This document shows positions 27,771-40,954 of a stretch of 64,000 nt of DNA, piece by piece. The notes beneath the pieces are model-generated. The model made no database searches and was not told where the DNA came from. It worked only from the letters and a program-made list of their open reading frames with translations. The stretch is from Eledone cirrhosa (lineage: Eukaryota). The first letter of the stretch is position 1, and every line of letters starts with the position of its first letter. The position numbers and the translations under genes were made by a program. The DNA lies in the NCBI GenBank assembly GCA_964016885.1, contig OZ024740.1, positions 232,624,001-232,688,000 on the forward strand. Direction: 5' to 3'.

Positions 27771-27917
27771 ATACCTTCCTGCAAGATGATTGAACGTCTG
27801 AAAGTATATACTTTCCTTATGCATATTAACGGCTGAGCAGCCTAATTTGCATATAGAGTGAGTTAGTCGTTTGCATATCGAGTGAGTTAGACGTTCAATC
27901 ATCTGGCAGGAAGGTAT

Positions 27918-27960
27918 ACGATGCTGACGATAGCTAATAAGCTTGAAACTAGTACATCGT
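27918..27960 (+). ncRNA. Minimal hammerhead ribozyme motif (right arm of an inverted pair)
   Basis: ACGATG-CTGACGA-T AGCT aata AGCT T-GAAA-CTAG-TA-CATCGT. Confidence 0.85.
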
Positions 27961-28227
27961 TCCTTTGTCAGTGTTGAACAAAAGGGCAACGATGGTTGCT
28001 AAACACTGTACGGCTTAATTCGGGCTGTTTGTTTACAAACAAACCGAGCATTATAATAAGTGTTCGGTAAACCCATACGTACATATATATATATGTGTGT
28101 GCATGTATATATATATATATACATACTACTGTACGTCTGTATACATATATGTATGTACGTATACACACTTATATTTTAGTAACAGCCGTACTAAGAGTAA
28201 GAAATGAAATTTCGTTTCATTTTTACC

Positions 28228-28283
<56 letters not shown>

Positions 28284-28690
28284 TTCATAGGGATATATAT
28301 TTAGAGATATATTTAGACATAGTCACAGATACATATATGAGTGTGGCCACCTTTCACGTTGTGGCTCAATGAAAAAAATTAATTAAGCAAATAATTATTA
28401 ATCAGAGCTATATATAAAATTGCAAGTTTGAAGAATAATTAGATAAAATATACACAGTCTTTCTTCTCCCTAGTCCGTAGAAATCAACCATATAAATAAT
28501 CATTTAAACGAGGCTATACGTATAAAATGTAACTATGAAGAAATAATAGACAAATGATACAGACTATTTTCCGCGAGGAACAGTCAGATAAAATTTATCT
28601 AGTCATTCCTTTTAGCCCGTTGTAAACGGAGCTAGGTCTAAAATATAAGTTAGAAGAAAAAATGCATATAAACTTTACCAAAATTCCTGT

Positions 28691-28778
28691 AGTCCCGACT
28701 GTCGACAGTTTCACTCGCACTTTGTGGATATATCCGATTCTGGTATTATCCATGAGGCTTCGAGCTTATCAAGAGACT
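28691..28778 (-). ncRNA. Degenerate hammerhead ribozyme motif
   Basis: Minus strand: AGTCTC-TTGATAA-GCTCG...CGAGT-GAAA-CTGTCGACAG-TC-GGGACT; two transitions from CTGATGA, all three stems retained. Confidence 0.65.
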
Positions 28779-29097
28779 CCTCAAGTTTGGACTAAAATTT
28801 CCACAGTGATCACCGCTGTTGAAACGGCAGAGGATCTGCTGTTGGGCTACCGGAACCTTCATATATATATATACATATATATATGAATGTATGTATAGTA
28901 TATTTGGCAATATACCGTATGTTTAATTAAAAACATTTAGTGTGTATGTATATATATGTGTGTATGTATATATATATATATATATATATATACACGCATA
29001 TATATATATATATATTTATTAAAATAACAGATTAAAGTTTAAGCAAAGAATCGCTGCTTTCACCCTTAACGGGATCTTCTGAAACTCTTCTAAATAT

Positions 29098-29270
29098 GTT
29101 TCTACTTTTGGCACAAGGTGCATTACTGGAACTTTATTTTATCAACTCCGTAAGGATGATAGGCAAAGTTAACCACAGTGGGATTTGAACTCAGACCGTA
29201 AAGGGGCGTGACTCTATGCTGCAAAGCATGGCGTCCAACCCTCTACCGATACTGCCAATTCACCGCCCTT
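29098..29270 (-). mobile_element. Main-family SINE
   Basis: Consensus match. Confidence 0.87.
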
Positions 29271-29567
29271 ATAATATATAACCAGCAATTTCTCTGTCTG
29301 TCTGTCCGAGAGTGGAAACACGTGCGCGCGTGGTTGCTATCTCTCTCTCTCTCTCCAGCTATCCCTCTCTTTTAGTCTGTCTGTTTCTCTCACTCTCACT
29401 CTTTCTCTTTGTAACACACTAACATTCCTCCCCTCTATCGCTGTGACGAATGGGGAGATGGAGGAGGAGGAGGAGGAGGAGGAGGAGGAGGAGGAGAGAG
29501 TCACTTCGTCACTTCACCTTTGCCTTTCTTTCTCTCCCCTCTCACTCCCTCATTACGTACAGACATT

Positions 29568-29760
29568 AGGGCGGTGGATTGGCAGAATCTGTAGAGAGTC
29601 GGACACCATGCTTCATAGCATGGAGTTACGTCCCTTTACGGTCTAAGTTCAAATACCGCCGAGGTTAACTTTGCTTTTCATCCTCACGGGGTCGATAAAA
29701 TAAAGTACCAGTAATGTACTGGATAATTGCTGGCCTTGTGCCAAAAGTAGAAACAATTAT
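29568..29760 (+). mobile_element. Main-family SINE
   Basis: Consensus match. Confidence 0.9.
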
Positions 29761-29899
29761 TAGAAACATTGCTTCATTTTTACATATCTAAGCATTAGTA
29801 AAATAACTAATAATTTCAAAAGTAATTTTTCAATTCCAATTGTTATGAACAGCAAAACATTAATAATAATTTTGTTCTAAGAAATATATATATATTTAG

Positions 29900-29943
29900 A
29901 AGAGTTTCAGAAGATCCCGTTAAGGGTGAAAGCAGCGATTCTT
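29900..29943 (+). ncRNA. Hammerhead-like motif with non-canonical core (inverted copy at 29046-29089)
   Basis: AAGAGTT-T-CAGAAGA-TCCC gttaa GGGT-GAAA-GCAGC-GATTCTT. Confidence 0.4.
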
Positions 29944-30670
29944 TGCTTAAACTTTAATCTGTTATTTTAATAAATATATATATATATGTGTGTGTATATA
30001 TATATATGTGTGTGTGTGTATACATATATATATATATTGGTGGAGGAACGTAGCCTAGTGGTAAGTGTGTTGGAATTACGATCTTAATGTCGTGGGTTCG
30101 ATTCCTGGGTTGTGTGTTGTGTTCTTGAGCAAAACACTTCATTTCACGTTGCTCAAGTATACTCAGCTGAAAATGAGTACCAGCAACAACTGGGGAGAGA
30201 GAGAGAACGATGTTTTGTGTTACAGCTGGGGAGAGAGAGAGAACGATGTTTTGTGTTACCGGTTTCTATTTGAAAAACCAGTATTTCTATGATACTCTCC
30301 TTTCCTATTAGTTTACGAACGTCATTTGTGATATCTATACATTGAATACAAGGGTTTCTATATGCCGTAATACTTACCCCATTCTGAATAGACTGTTTTG
30401 TCAGATTCTAGCTTTGTAGGTATTCTGTGTTCTACCAGTAAAATTTTTTCTTAAATTGTTTGTACAGGAATGTTGTGAATAATGATAAAATCTATTGGTT
30501 ATATTAAGGTGTTTCTAATATGATTAGTGTTGTTTTACTGAATGTTAACATTTTTGTGTCATGTCTACAATGTCTATTTTTGTTTATTAAGTGTTTATTT
30601 TCAAATGTATTCTGTACAGTCTTATTACGTTATTGGATGATAACAACGGTGTTTCTTGTTTTTATCATTA

Positions 30671-31039
30671 CTAGAATTTTTTAAAACACACTGGCGCGTA
30701 TGTATATATATGTATGTGTGTGTTTATGTGCATATGCATACATTTATAGGTATGAGTATATAAATATCAACGCGCAAACACAGACACACTTACAAAAATA
30801 CACACTCACAGACATACATTCATACAGATACACATACATTCACACAAACACATACACGCACACACAAATACATTCACACAAACACACACATTCATTTACA
30901 CAAATGGAACGCCAGCTGCTGTTTTGCTATAGTTTTTTCACTATCCCCTTCCTTCCTTTTACACACTCACACACACATATACATTCACACAAACATACAC
31001 ATGTGTGACGGACGGAAGTCGCTCAAATTTATATAGAGA
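30671..31039 (-). mobile_element. Probable non-autonomous Helitron
   Basis: Minus strand starts TCTCTATATAAA...CCGTCCGTC and ends CTAG, inserted between A and T with no TSD; subterminal hairpin not clear. Confidence 0.55.
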
Positions 31040-31084
31040 TGTGTTATTATTACTAGTCTTGCAAATACTTGTATTCTTCTAAAT

Positions 31085-31403
31085 CAGGGGTGTGCAACAT
31101 ATTCCATTGGCGGGCCACTTTTGAACATTGGAACAACTATTAGAGCCATTAATATTTATTAAGCACTATTCCAAAGATTCACCACAATTTCTTTCCATAA
31201 CATGGAGCTGGGTAATTATAACACAGATAACCTTATCAGTGAAGCCCTTTAGTATACGTCCACTAACAGGAAATTGTATTACGGTTACGAAACATATTCT
31301 AAATAAGCCTACAAGGTAAACATTTCAAACGGTCATAGCGAGCCACTCTGACTGGTCTGGCGGGCCGGATTGTGGCCCGTGGGCCGCCTGTTGCATACCC
31401 CTG
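31085..31403. mobile_element. hAT (Charlie-like) MITE
   Basis: TIRs CAGGGGTGTGCAACA / TGTTGCATACCCCTG; 8-bp TSD TTCTAAAT / TTCTAGAT; internal GCGGGCC motifs. Confidence 0.92.
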
Positions 31404-31419
31404 TTCTAGATCATTTGTA

Positions 31420-32050
31420 AATGTTGCTCTTTGGTGGTGTTTAAGTTATGTATAATATAGATTTTGTTAGTTACATAAAATTTGTTTTAGAACCTTCTTT
31501 CTGTAGATGCGGAGGCACTGTCGATCTCTGGCGGCATTCACACATATCTAGCCATGATTATTATGACTTCGATATATGTATGGTATTCACTATTAGTTTA
31601 TTCGATCAAATTTAAAGTTATAAGAGCAATTTTATGGTATATTTGACTGCCCTTTTCTGCAGATCATGCTGCTGCATAGTTTTCCTCGTTAACACGGTCT
31701 TCATATATTCGGAACGCTGTGGTAGCATAGGTTTTTGTGGAACAAGAATATGCTAGAAGAGACTTGTTGTAGTGATATAACATTGTGAGACGAACAAGCT
31801 AAATTCTCCAGTCTATTACATCACTGTCAGTTATCATGTTTGATAGATGCAATAAAACGTTATGATATAAATGAGGATATAATCGCATTAAGCAGCAGTG
31901 TGGAATGATAACTCGATTAACGTAGTTATATATTGTTGCGTAAGTACAAATCATAATATATTATTGGTTGTGCTCCACTACAATCTTTCTCCTAATTGGA
32001 CATATTTGACTTGAAGAAAAGAGAGAAAAAATATAGGACCCATTTCTGTT
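31420..32050 (-). pseudogene. Possible very old PLE reverse transcriptase remnant
   Basis: Minus-strand peptides ISSFI..., SHNVISL and YNFKFD occur in the order expected for PLE RT motifs; many stops. Confidence 0.3.
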
Positions 32051-32789
32051 GCTCGTGCCCAATCTGTTTCTTTGATTGAATGATTTAGTAGACGTTCACA
32101 CTCGCATCATAGAATGTATGGGGGGAATGGATACGCTTGTTGTTGTTTTTTTTTTATTAATCATCTAACGTAAATATATTATAAATATTCTCTGGCGTAA
32201 TGCTTTCTATTTTGTCAGCTAGGACCATGAGGCGATATCTGGCGACATTTATCTGGAAATCTCCACTTCGGGAGGCAGAGCAGGTGACTAACTCCTGCTA
32301 TTAACGTTGTCCACTACATACACATACATGCATCCATAGGCCACTACGTAGTGAAATTGTACAAGTATATTTATATTCTCGTAATTGTTCTTTTATTATC
32401 ACCTAAATAGAAAATTATTTTATATTTTAGAATTTGTACGTCACCCTGTTTTATTAAACGTATACTCACACACACGCACACTCACATAAACACACTTACA
32501 CGGTCACGCACACATATGTACATATACATAAGCAATTTCACAAAGGTACAGAGTAACACAATTTCCTCCAGAATTTTGGATACTATCTTAAATAGTAGAG
32601 GTAGTACATGTATTTATTTTAGTTATTTAATACTATTAATGTCTACAGTAATTAATTACTGATAACTATAAACGTTAATATTCGTGAATATAGTTGATAT
32701 TAGAACATAAGTATTTGTTTAATATAGTTATATTGTGACGATACTGATGTAATTATGACGTCAAATATAGAGACAAAAGTTGCTATAAG

Positions 32790-33870
32790 TACGACTAATT
32801 AGAGATATATCAGATGAAAGAATAGTAAACTAATGTATTGGTACGCGATGGGGCCCACCCACAGAATGGAGAAGGCGTTTCCCCGGAGGACGGCAAGGGA
32901 GACGCGCTGGAAAAGCCACTCCAACTCACGGGGCTCACACCTGCAGCTGGCCAATTCAGCGCCTATGGTGGTGAGTAAGGAGGTAGCCCTGGGGCCGAGG
33001 ACACCAGAAGTCTCCACTGCCAGGGGAACGACCGCAAACCTGTCGGAGAGCGACCGGTATTTGAGGAGTTTGGCCCCCTCAGCCCGACGTGCAGCAGAAC
33101 CTGGGTCAGTCGCAGACAGCACCAGGTTGCGGCTGCAGAAAGTGTCAGTGCAAGTGGCATCCCAGACGAGGGGTTTGTCACCGCGGAACGGGAAGATGGT
33201 CATGCCATCTGGCCTTTTGCCGTCCCCTCGATCCAGCCCCACCGGTTCGAGCTAGGAAGGGAAGCCTGCAGCGTCCAAGCCATGCTTAATGACCTCGTTG
33301 AGGGCAGCATGACGTGGAAGGCATCCAAAGTGCGTTTGGAGGACTTGACGTCAACAGGGGGAGAAGGAGGAGGGACGTCTACTGGGCTAAGTCCCAGTCG
33401 GTCCCACGTCTCACAGGCGGCCTCACCTTATCTAAACACAGAGGGTTCTGTTGTGTTTTGAAGAACACTGCTGACGAGGACGCGACACGAGGTTACCGAC
33501 GAAAGATACGCCGACAAAGCTAGTGAGATCGGGGACCGGAGGCCAAGACCGCCATACCTGACCGGTAAAGTGGCCTGTTGCCACTCTATGTCGTCAAACT
33601 TGACGTTGCATATCCCCTCGGCTGCTGCTCGGATACAAGTATCGAGGTCAGCGAGGAGAGATGTCTGGGTGTCATGGAGCGCTGCGGAGTGTATAGAGGA
33701 GCTTCGGCATGGCGAAGCAGTTCCTCAGCAGAAAGAGAGCTGGGTGGCCGTCAATCAAGCCCAGTCGGCTCGTGAGAGTCTGGAGCTTTTGAAGCCTGGA
33801 CCTGATGGTGGAGCGGATGGCCGGCGGGTGGATCGGTGACTCGAGGATGAGGACATCCTCGGGTTGATAT
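32790..33870 (-). mobile_element. CRE-clade non-LTR retrotransposon fragment with restriction-like endonuclease
   Basis: RHAALNEVIK, DGKRPDG, LVWDATCTDT, KLLKY, PLAVETSGVLG, FQRVSLAVLRGNA; GC-rich island. Confidence 0.88.
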
Positions 33871-34289
33871 TAGTGGCGATACAAATATATTGGCATCATA
33901 ATAAGTATTACCAGCTTTATTGATTTAAAGATTAGCAGTTAAGGTTGTCGATAATGATTACTATTGCTGACCATATTTGTTGTGGTTTAGCTTCAGATCA
34001 TCACTCGTTGCAACTGAGATCAATCTGTCTTAATCTCAGAGTTTATCCAGGACAACATCATTTCATTTACGTGCCGCATTTAAAAGATAGTAGTCTAAGA
34101 TTTCGAGAGGATTTCTAACATGTCAAACGACAGTCTAGCGGCTGTCTTGTTGTTTGCTCGTGTACTATATTGTTTCCGTGTATGGCTTTAACGTAGTTAA
34201 CATTTGTGTTTGGGATAAGTATGCGTGAATGTATGTATACATGTATGTATGTATGAATGTATGTATGCATGAATATGTGTGTGTGTATG

Positions 34290-37200
34290 TATGGTTTTAT
34301 AATTTCACAAATTTGTTCCCAATAGAGAGAGAGTCGGTTTCTAACATAGACACAATACTCTCATTGGAATTTACACAATATCAACTAGGTAGATTATGTA
34401 TGTATGCATGTGTAGATATGTAGATATGGATGTTATTGTAAGTGTGGATGTGTGTGTTTTTGAGTAGTATATGCAGTAATTAGATGCAACATTTTTGGAA
34501 TCTTTTACATATTCTTACTGTTCCATTAATGGATTGTACTTGTAATTTCCTAACTAGTTGTGTTCTTTCTGTTCCTGTGAAGCCTAGCTTCTCAAGATTT
34601 GTATTGAGGCAGTTACTAACATACCCCAGTGCCCCAATAATCACAGGCATAAATCTGAAAGTATAATCAGGGTGGAGTATCTGCATATTTCTCATCAGTT
34701 CTACATAAATATTCTCCTTTTCGCTAATCTTTGATATTATATTGGCATCTGCTGGGCAGCTAATTTCCACTACTGTGTATGCTTTCTTCTCCCTGTCCCA
34801 TATCATGATATCTGGTCTGTTATGCCTGCATTTTATTGGGGTTTTTACTGGAACATTCCACCAATACTCTTTCATATTATGTACATAGATGTCTTCCACA
34901 TTGTCGTAGCTTTTCATGTGTTTATTATCGGGGTTCTCTATTCTACAAATTGTATTGTACAGTGTTTTGGCCACTATATCATGCCTCAAGTAGATAGTAC
35001 CGCGATGACATCTTTGGGCAGCTGCTGATGACATGGGTGATATCTTCGATGTTAGTTCTGCAGAGTCTGCACTTGTTATCACATCTAGGTGTTTTGCCTG
35101 CATCCCTATCTCTTTTGTGAATCAGTTATTTCGTGTTAATTTCCTGTTCTTGGATTGCAAAAGCATATCCTTCAAAGTGGGAGCCAATATAGCGGTTGTT
35201 GGTCCAAGATAGACTACTTTCCTTATCTATATTACTCTCAATCTGGAGCTTCCTGGCAACATATCCATGCATGATCTTTTGCTGATAAGCATGCAGTTTT
35301 TCATCCATGGATTCACTGCGATACTGCTGAGCGACTTCCCTGGGTGTGAGTTTTTTGATTATCACACAGGGAATATCTCTCGAGGAGTTCCTTCCCAACT
35401 CTCATGATCTTATCTGTTTCATGCAGATAGACTTGCTCGAGAAATGGGCTCCTAAGCTTCGAGGTTCGTAGCTGTTGTCGGAGAGATATGATGCGACATT
35501 CAAATGCTGTCTGGACTGATGTTAGACCTCAGCCTCCCTGCTTACGTTTCAAGTAAAGGCGGTCTATGTCACTGTTGATGTGGAAGTTTCTAGTGTTGTT
35601 TAGTATGAGTTCCAACATCAACTGCTCGGATTTCGTCTATCGTCCAATTGAGTATTCCAAACGTTGGTGTTTGGACAGGCACAGCAAACACATTGTGAGC
35701 CACTGTTTTGTTTTGCGAAGAGAGTTCCGATGACCAAATCTTTCTTGATCGGGTGTAGTATTCACTGGTTATGCGTTCCTAGGATATGTTCTTATCTATC
35801 CCCAGGTATCTGTAGCAGTCCTCATCAGATATCGGTGAAATGTTGCGAGATTGAGTTGTTGTTTTTCCCGGCTTTACAGTCCTATATGAGCCATATCTTG
35901 GCCAAACTCCATTCCTATATCCTTTGAGAACGTTGTAACCAGGTCAAGATGTTTCTTCATCCCATCCATGTTCTTGGCATAGAGTTTCAGATCATCCACA
36001 AAGAAATTATGGGTTAGGTTCGTATTTCTGTCCTCCGGTGAGCCAATGATGTATCCTTCACATATTTTGAGCAGAAAGGACAATGGGTCTAATGACAGGA
36101 TGGATAATATCACACAGAGAAACTGTCTCCCCGAAATATACCCCTGCGATATTTTATTTTATCAGTGAAAATAGCGTCCTCCCTCTCTGTCTTTAACCTT
36201 AGGATAGTAGCCCAAGAAGAAGAAAGCCTCTTTATGGTTCTGATAATAATGTCTGGGACTTTAGCAAGCTGAGGGCCTCTATCATCCAAGAGTGGGGAAC
36301 AGAATTGATAGCTTTCCTGTAGTCCAGCCAGACTGTAGTCATATTCCTCCTAAGTTGTCGCACCTCCGACATCACAGTTTTGTTGATTAGGAGTTGTTCA
36401 GCACATCCCCAAACCCCTTTCTTTCCAGCTGCTTGTTCATCTGTGATGATGTTATTATTTTCACAGTGATCTTGGAGGAATATGTACAGGCACGCTGTAT
36501 ACATCTTATACATCAGGTTCTGGCATGCAATGGGTCGGTATTTTTTAGCCAAATGGGTGTCTTTGTTCTTGGGGAGCAGTAATGTTTGTGCTAATGTCAA
36601 CCATTCTGGTATAAGTGTATCTCCCTTAAGAACTGGTTGGTAGAGGTCAGTAAGATATTTCCGATATAATATCAGTTTTTGTACCAGTATCCGACAATCA
36701 TATCTCTTCCTGGAGTTTTCTTATCTTGGAGTTTTCCTATCACAGTCTCCAGGGTATCCTCACTTATTTCGTATGTTTTTGTTGTAGTGTAGGAGCAATA
36801 GTTCTTTCGGATTTCTTTTAGCTACACTGCTCTTGGTTGAAATTCTTCTTTTCACCCCATATTTTGCTCCAAAAGGAATCTATGCCTTTCTGGGATGGGG
36901 CCTCAGTGACACTTATTGTTCTTCATATCTCTATAGACTGATGTTTGGTTTCGTCTGAATCTTTTATTAAGCACTTTTCTCTCATCTACCTTCTTCAGGT
37001 ATCGGCGTTTTATGCTAACAGCTCTCAATTCTTGTTTGAGGGTGATCCGCTTATATTGAAGAGTTCTGGTTCTACTGTTACCAAACATCGTCTCTATTTT
37101 AAGTTTCACTCTTTGTTGGTGAGGAGTGAGGTTTTTTGTGTTTGTTTGCATGTAAGGAGCATTGTCACATGTCCTATGGTTTTTCGTAGGTCAGCAATCT

Positions 37201-38339
37201 TTTTTCCTATTTTAGTTATATAAGATGGTAGTTTTGGTGGTGTTTTGTTCTTGTTAATATCTATGCTATCACCAAGATAATGCTAAGGCATATAAACAGG
37301 CGTTGATTTGCCAAAATGTTGGGGGTTTTATCCGTCGTAAATATTCATCCCCTATTTCATGAATAACACGTAGTATTTCTGCACTGGGTAATTGCTGGCC
37401 TTGTGCCTAAAGTAGAAACAAGTATTTCATTATTTGTTTTTTTATTAAATATTGTCGGTTTAATACGTTCAGCAAGAGAGATATTTAAGATTTCGTTGAG
37501 AGAAATTTTCAAATGTTTATACTTTTGATTATTATCATTATCGTAGTATTTTCCACAACAGTCGAGGTAGACTGGGATGGTACACGTGGTGTCACATTTC
37601 TTCGATTATTATTATTATTTCTTCGATTATTATTATTATCGATAGTGTTTTCCCCAGCATTCGAGGTAGACATAGATGGTACACGTGATGTCAAATTTCT
37701 TACAGTTGTTTCAAGGCACTGTTCGACCTAGCTGCTAGGACGTCTAGTAGATGGCGATCTGTAGCATGTATTGTTGATCCCATATTTGTTATGGGGGACT
37801 TACAATTAATAATATTCATCTTATTTTTACGTTCAACAAACGTCGCTTGTTGGCGTAATTGTTTCGCTGTGAAATAATTTAGCTCTGGGTGCATTTCGTC
37901 CCAGTGTAGCTTCATTATGTTCATATAGGCAATGGAGTGATTGTTTTTTACTATTTTATAACAATTAAATAAATCATCATTAATTTCGCAACTCCAAGAG
38001 AAATGCGATTTATAATTTCGGTTTCTTCTGTAGCTACAACTGAATAAAGGTTGTTTACCTTTCTCGTTGTTTGTCTTCGATACTTCCTTAATTTTGTTGT
38101 TGATGTTGTGTTCAGCCATGCTGTTTGTAGCAAATCCTTGTAAAGTGAATTATGTATTTTGTCGGATATCTCTACGAATTCGAATAAAAGGTGTCTTCAG
38201 AAGATATAGTTAGAAGAATAACCAGTTATTCAACATGACTGTAGTTGTGGCATTACTGTCGGCGATAGTATTCATCTTAAATTTAATAAATAGTCTCCCA
38301 CACAAAAATATGCGACTGATCGCGTTGACTGTGTTACGT
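34290..38339 (-). mobile_element. Near full-length, frameshifted R4/Dong-clade LINE (RT plus restriction-like endonuclease)
   Basis: YRPIACQNLMYK, WLDYRKAINSVPHSW, HNFFVDDLKLY, FAIQEQEINTK, YLRHDIVAK, RPDIMIWD, EISCP, PVIIGALG spread over several frames; (TATG)n on both sides. Confidence 0.9.
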
Positions 38340-38422
38340 ATGTATGTATGTATGTATGTATGTATGTATGTATGTATGTATGTATGTATGTATGTATGTA
38401 TGTATGTATGTATGTATGTATG

Positions 38423-39030
38423 TCAGGTCACCAGTTGGTGCTACTGGTAACATGTATGCCAGTACAACCTGTCTCATGGTCGGGTCGTTGGCGACTAAAC
38501 TGGCAACCCCACCAAGGTTTCTTGGTGAGGAGGGTGACTTTGGGCATCCTGCAGGACTAAAAACAAAACCTGTCAAAAGGCAAAGGAGCTCTTAAGAGTC
38601 AATGGCCATCCAAAATCACTGGGAGAGATGACCCCTTAGCCTTTGTCAAGGCAGAATTCTAGGAGAAGGAAAACTCTGATATAACACCTGCAACCCTGAT
38701 GGTATCCAATGATGTTGACTTGTTCTTCTTTTTGGTAAATATCATCTTGTTTAAGAGAGTGGTACTGGCTTTGTGCAGTGCCTTTGCTCACTATAAAAGC
38801 TTCACGGCACAGGCATTGCTTTATATCTGGAGATCTCTCTGCACTTGTCGTCACATGGTACCATGGGCCCAGCACTATGTGTCAATAATTGTCACAAGTG
38901 TAGTGTTTGTACCAGAGTTTTCAAGTCGCTGGCTGGACTAAAAAGTCACACTCGTTCAGCGCATCGGTAGGGGTTCCCCTACATGGATATAAAGTAGTAA
39001 CCGTACTCGAAAACGAGTTGGCAGCCACCA
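38423..39030 (+). mobile_element. Non-autonomous bipartite RTE-derived element (5' UTR-like part plus 3' end), within (TATG)n
   Basis: 3' part encodes CSVCTRVFKSLAGLKSHTRSAHR*, a C2H2 finger like that ending RTE/BovB-type ORFs; 4 copies in window. Confidence 0.75.
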
Positions 39031-39309
39031 TGTATGTATGTATGTATGCATGTATGCATGTATGCATGTATGTATGTATGTATGTATGTATGTGTGTGTG
39101 TATGTATGTATGTGTGTGTGTGTGTGTGTATGTATGTATGGTCCAGTAACTCCTGATATAGTCGTAGGGGCACCGTATAGACATACGGCGTTTCTTGGGC
39201 ATTTGAAGCCTGGTGGAGCGATCCCCTTCCAGGCCTGAGTACATCAGATTTCTTCCAGAGAGGGAGAGAAAATGAGAAAGAGAAAATGAGAAATAGATAT
39301 AAAGGAAGA

Positions 39310-39470
39310 ATCGACACCAGTATTTGACAGGTACTTTCTTTGTTGACCTCGAAAGGATGAAAGGCGAAGTTGACCTCGCCGGCATTTGAACTCAGAGAGC
39401 AGAGAACCGGAGCGAATACCATAAAGCATCCTATCCGATGTTCTAACGAATCTGCCAATTCGCCGCCTTT
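39310..39470 (-). mobile_element. Diverged SINE sharing the main-family core
   Basis: GACCTCGAAAGGATGAAAGGCGAAGTTGACCTCG..ATTTGAACTC. Confidence 0.75.
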
Positions 39471-39676
39471 CCACCAGTATACTTCATTTTAACGGTTTGG
39501 TTCCGATGCGCATTAAACAGGACCGCCTCGGCAAGCTATCCTACGAATAATATTGTATATAGGCTTCGCAACTATATTGCATCCTCTAGAAAAGTACTAC
39601 TTTCCAATGTGTATGAATATCTTCCACACTTTTATGGAAAAGAATGTAGGTTTGCTCGAATGTATGTGTCTGTCTG

Positions 39677-39767
<91 letters not shown>

Positions 39768-40316
39768 CAGGAGAATGGAGAGAGAAAGGCAGAGAGAGAA
39801 GAGGCGTTGGTGTATGCGATAAAAATGAAGAGATTACAAAACTTCTTTATCTGGGCGAAAAATTGCGTACTTATATATATATATATATATACAAAAACTA
39901 ATGCACATACACACACATACACACATGCACACACACACACACATACACACACAGACACACACACATATATATTTATATATTTATATGTATGTAAAAAGTA
40001 AACAGAAATAATATAGCAAACGGCACAGTATATTGTAGAAATATATTAGTTTGACGCTTGAAATAATAGGAAGAGGGTTTTAACGTTTGTATATATATAG
40101 ATATATTCTCCCCAATGGTAGAGAAACCTTTGGTCGTTTGAATGGCTGCTATTTTTAGCAGCACAGGCTTGACCTGTCCACGGTGCTTTTTGCCTTTGCA
40201 CACGGTACCATGACAAAACTGTTTCATCATTCATTTGCTCTCATTCTGAGGCAGTTTGGAATGGCGCCAGTTTGTAATTTTGACTGGGAAATTTCATATT
40301 CTCCGTGAGAGAAAAA

Positions 40317-40395
40317 CCTTCTGACGATGACCTCTTTCTCAATGGAAATCCGGTTGGATTATCTATTTGTTTTGGATTTGAAACTGCGGTAAGGG
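40317..40395 (+). ncRNA. Hammerhead ribozyme motif with irregular stem II
   Basis: CCTT-CTGACGA-...AAATCCGG..TTGGATTT-GAAA-CTGCGG-TA-AGGG; (TA)n about 80 nt downstream. Confidence 0.55.
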
Positions 40396-40473
40396 CACAT
40401 ATAGTAAGTACAGTGAATTTTTTGTAATTTATTAATTATTTTTAAAGATATTTTCTGTGTTTACACTCCCTTG

Positions 40474-40571
<98 letters not shown>

Positions 40572-40954
40572 AGTCCCGGGTTCAATCGGGGGTAAACAAA
40601 ATTACTAAGGTACTCTATACATTAGTAGAGTGTAAACATCATATTTAACATAGAAATAGTTTCTACATGAAGAGAACTGTTTCATTCAAAAAATGAAACA
40701 GTTCTATTCCTGTAGAAGCCATTTCTATATTAAACATGAGATATGTAATTAAATATGTATATGATGCAACACTGAATCTTTGTTCCCTTACATATTACTA
40801 TTATATATATATATACTTTGCCTTTCATCCTTACGGGGTTGATAAAATAAAGTACCAGTAATATACTGGATAATTGGTGGCCTTGTGCCAAAAGTAGAAA
40901 CAATTATATATATATAGTGTTTTCGCGGAATTTTCCTTAGAACCTAACTAATAA

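Noticed and set aside
33474-33515. CTGACGA...GAAA hammerhead candidate
   Set aside because: Antisense to CRE coding sequence; stems I and III absent
39148-39220. CTGATAT...GAAG-CCTGG-TG-GAG hammerhead-like pattern
   Set aside because: Too many core mismatches and only a 3-bp stem I
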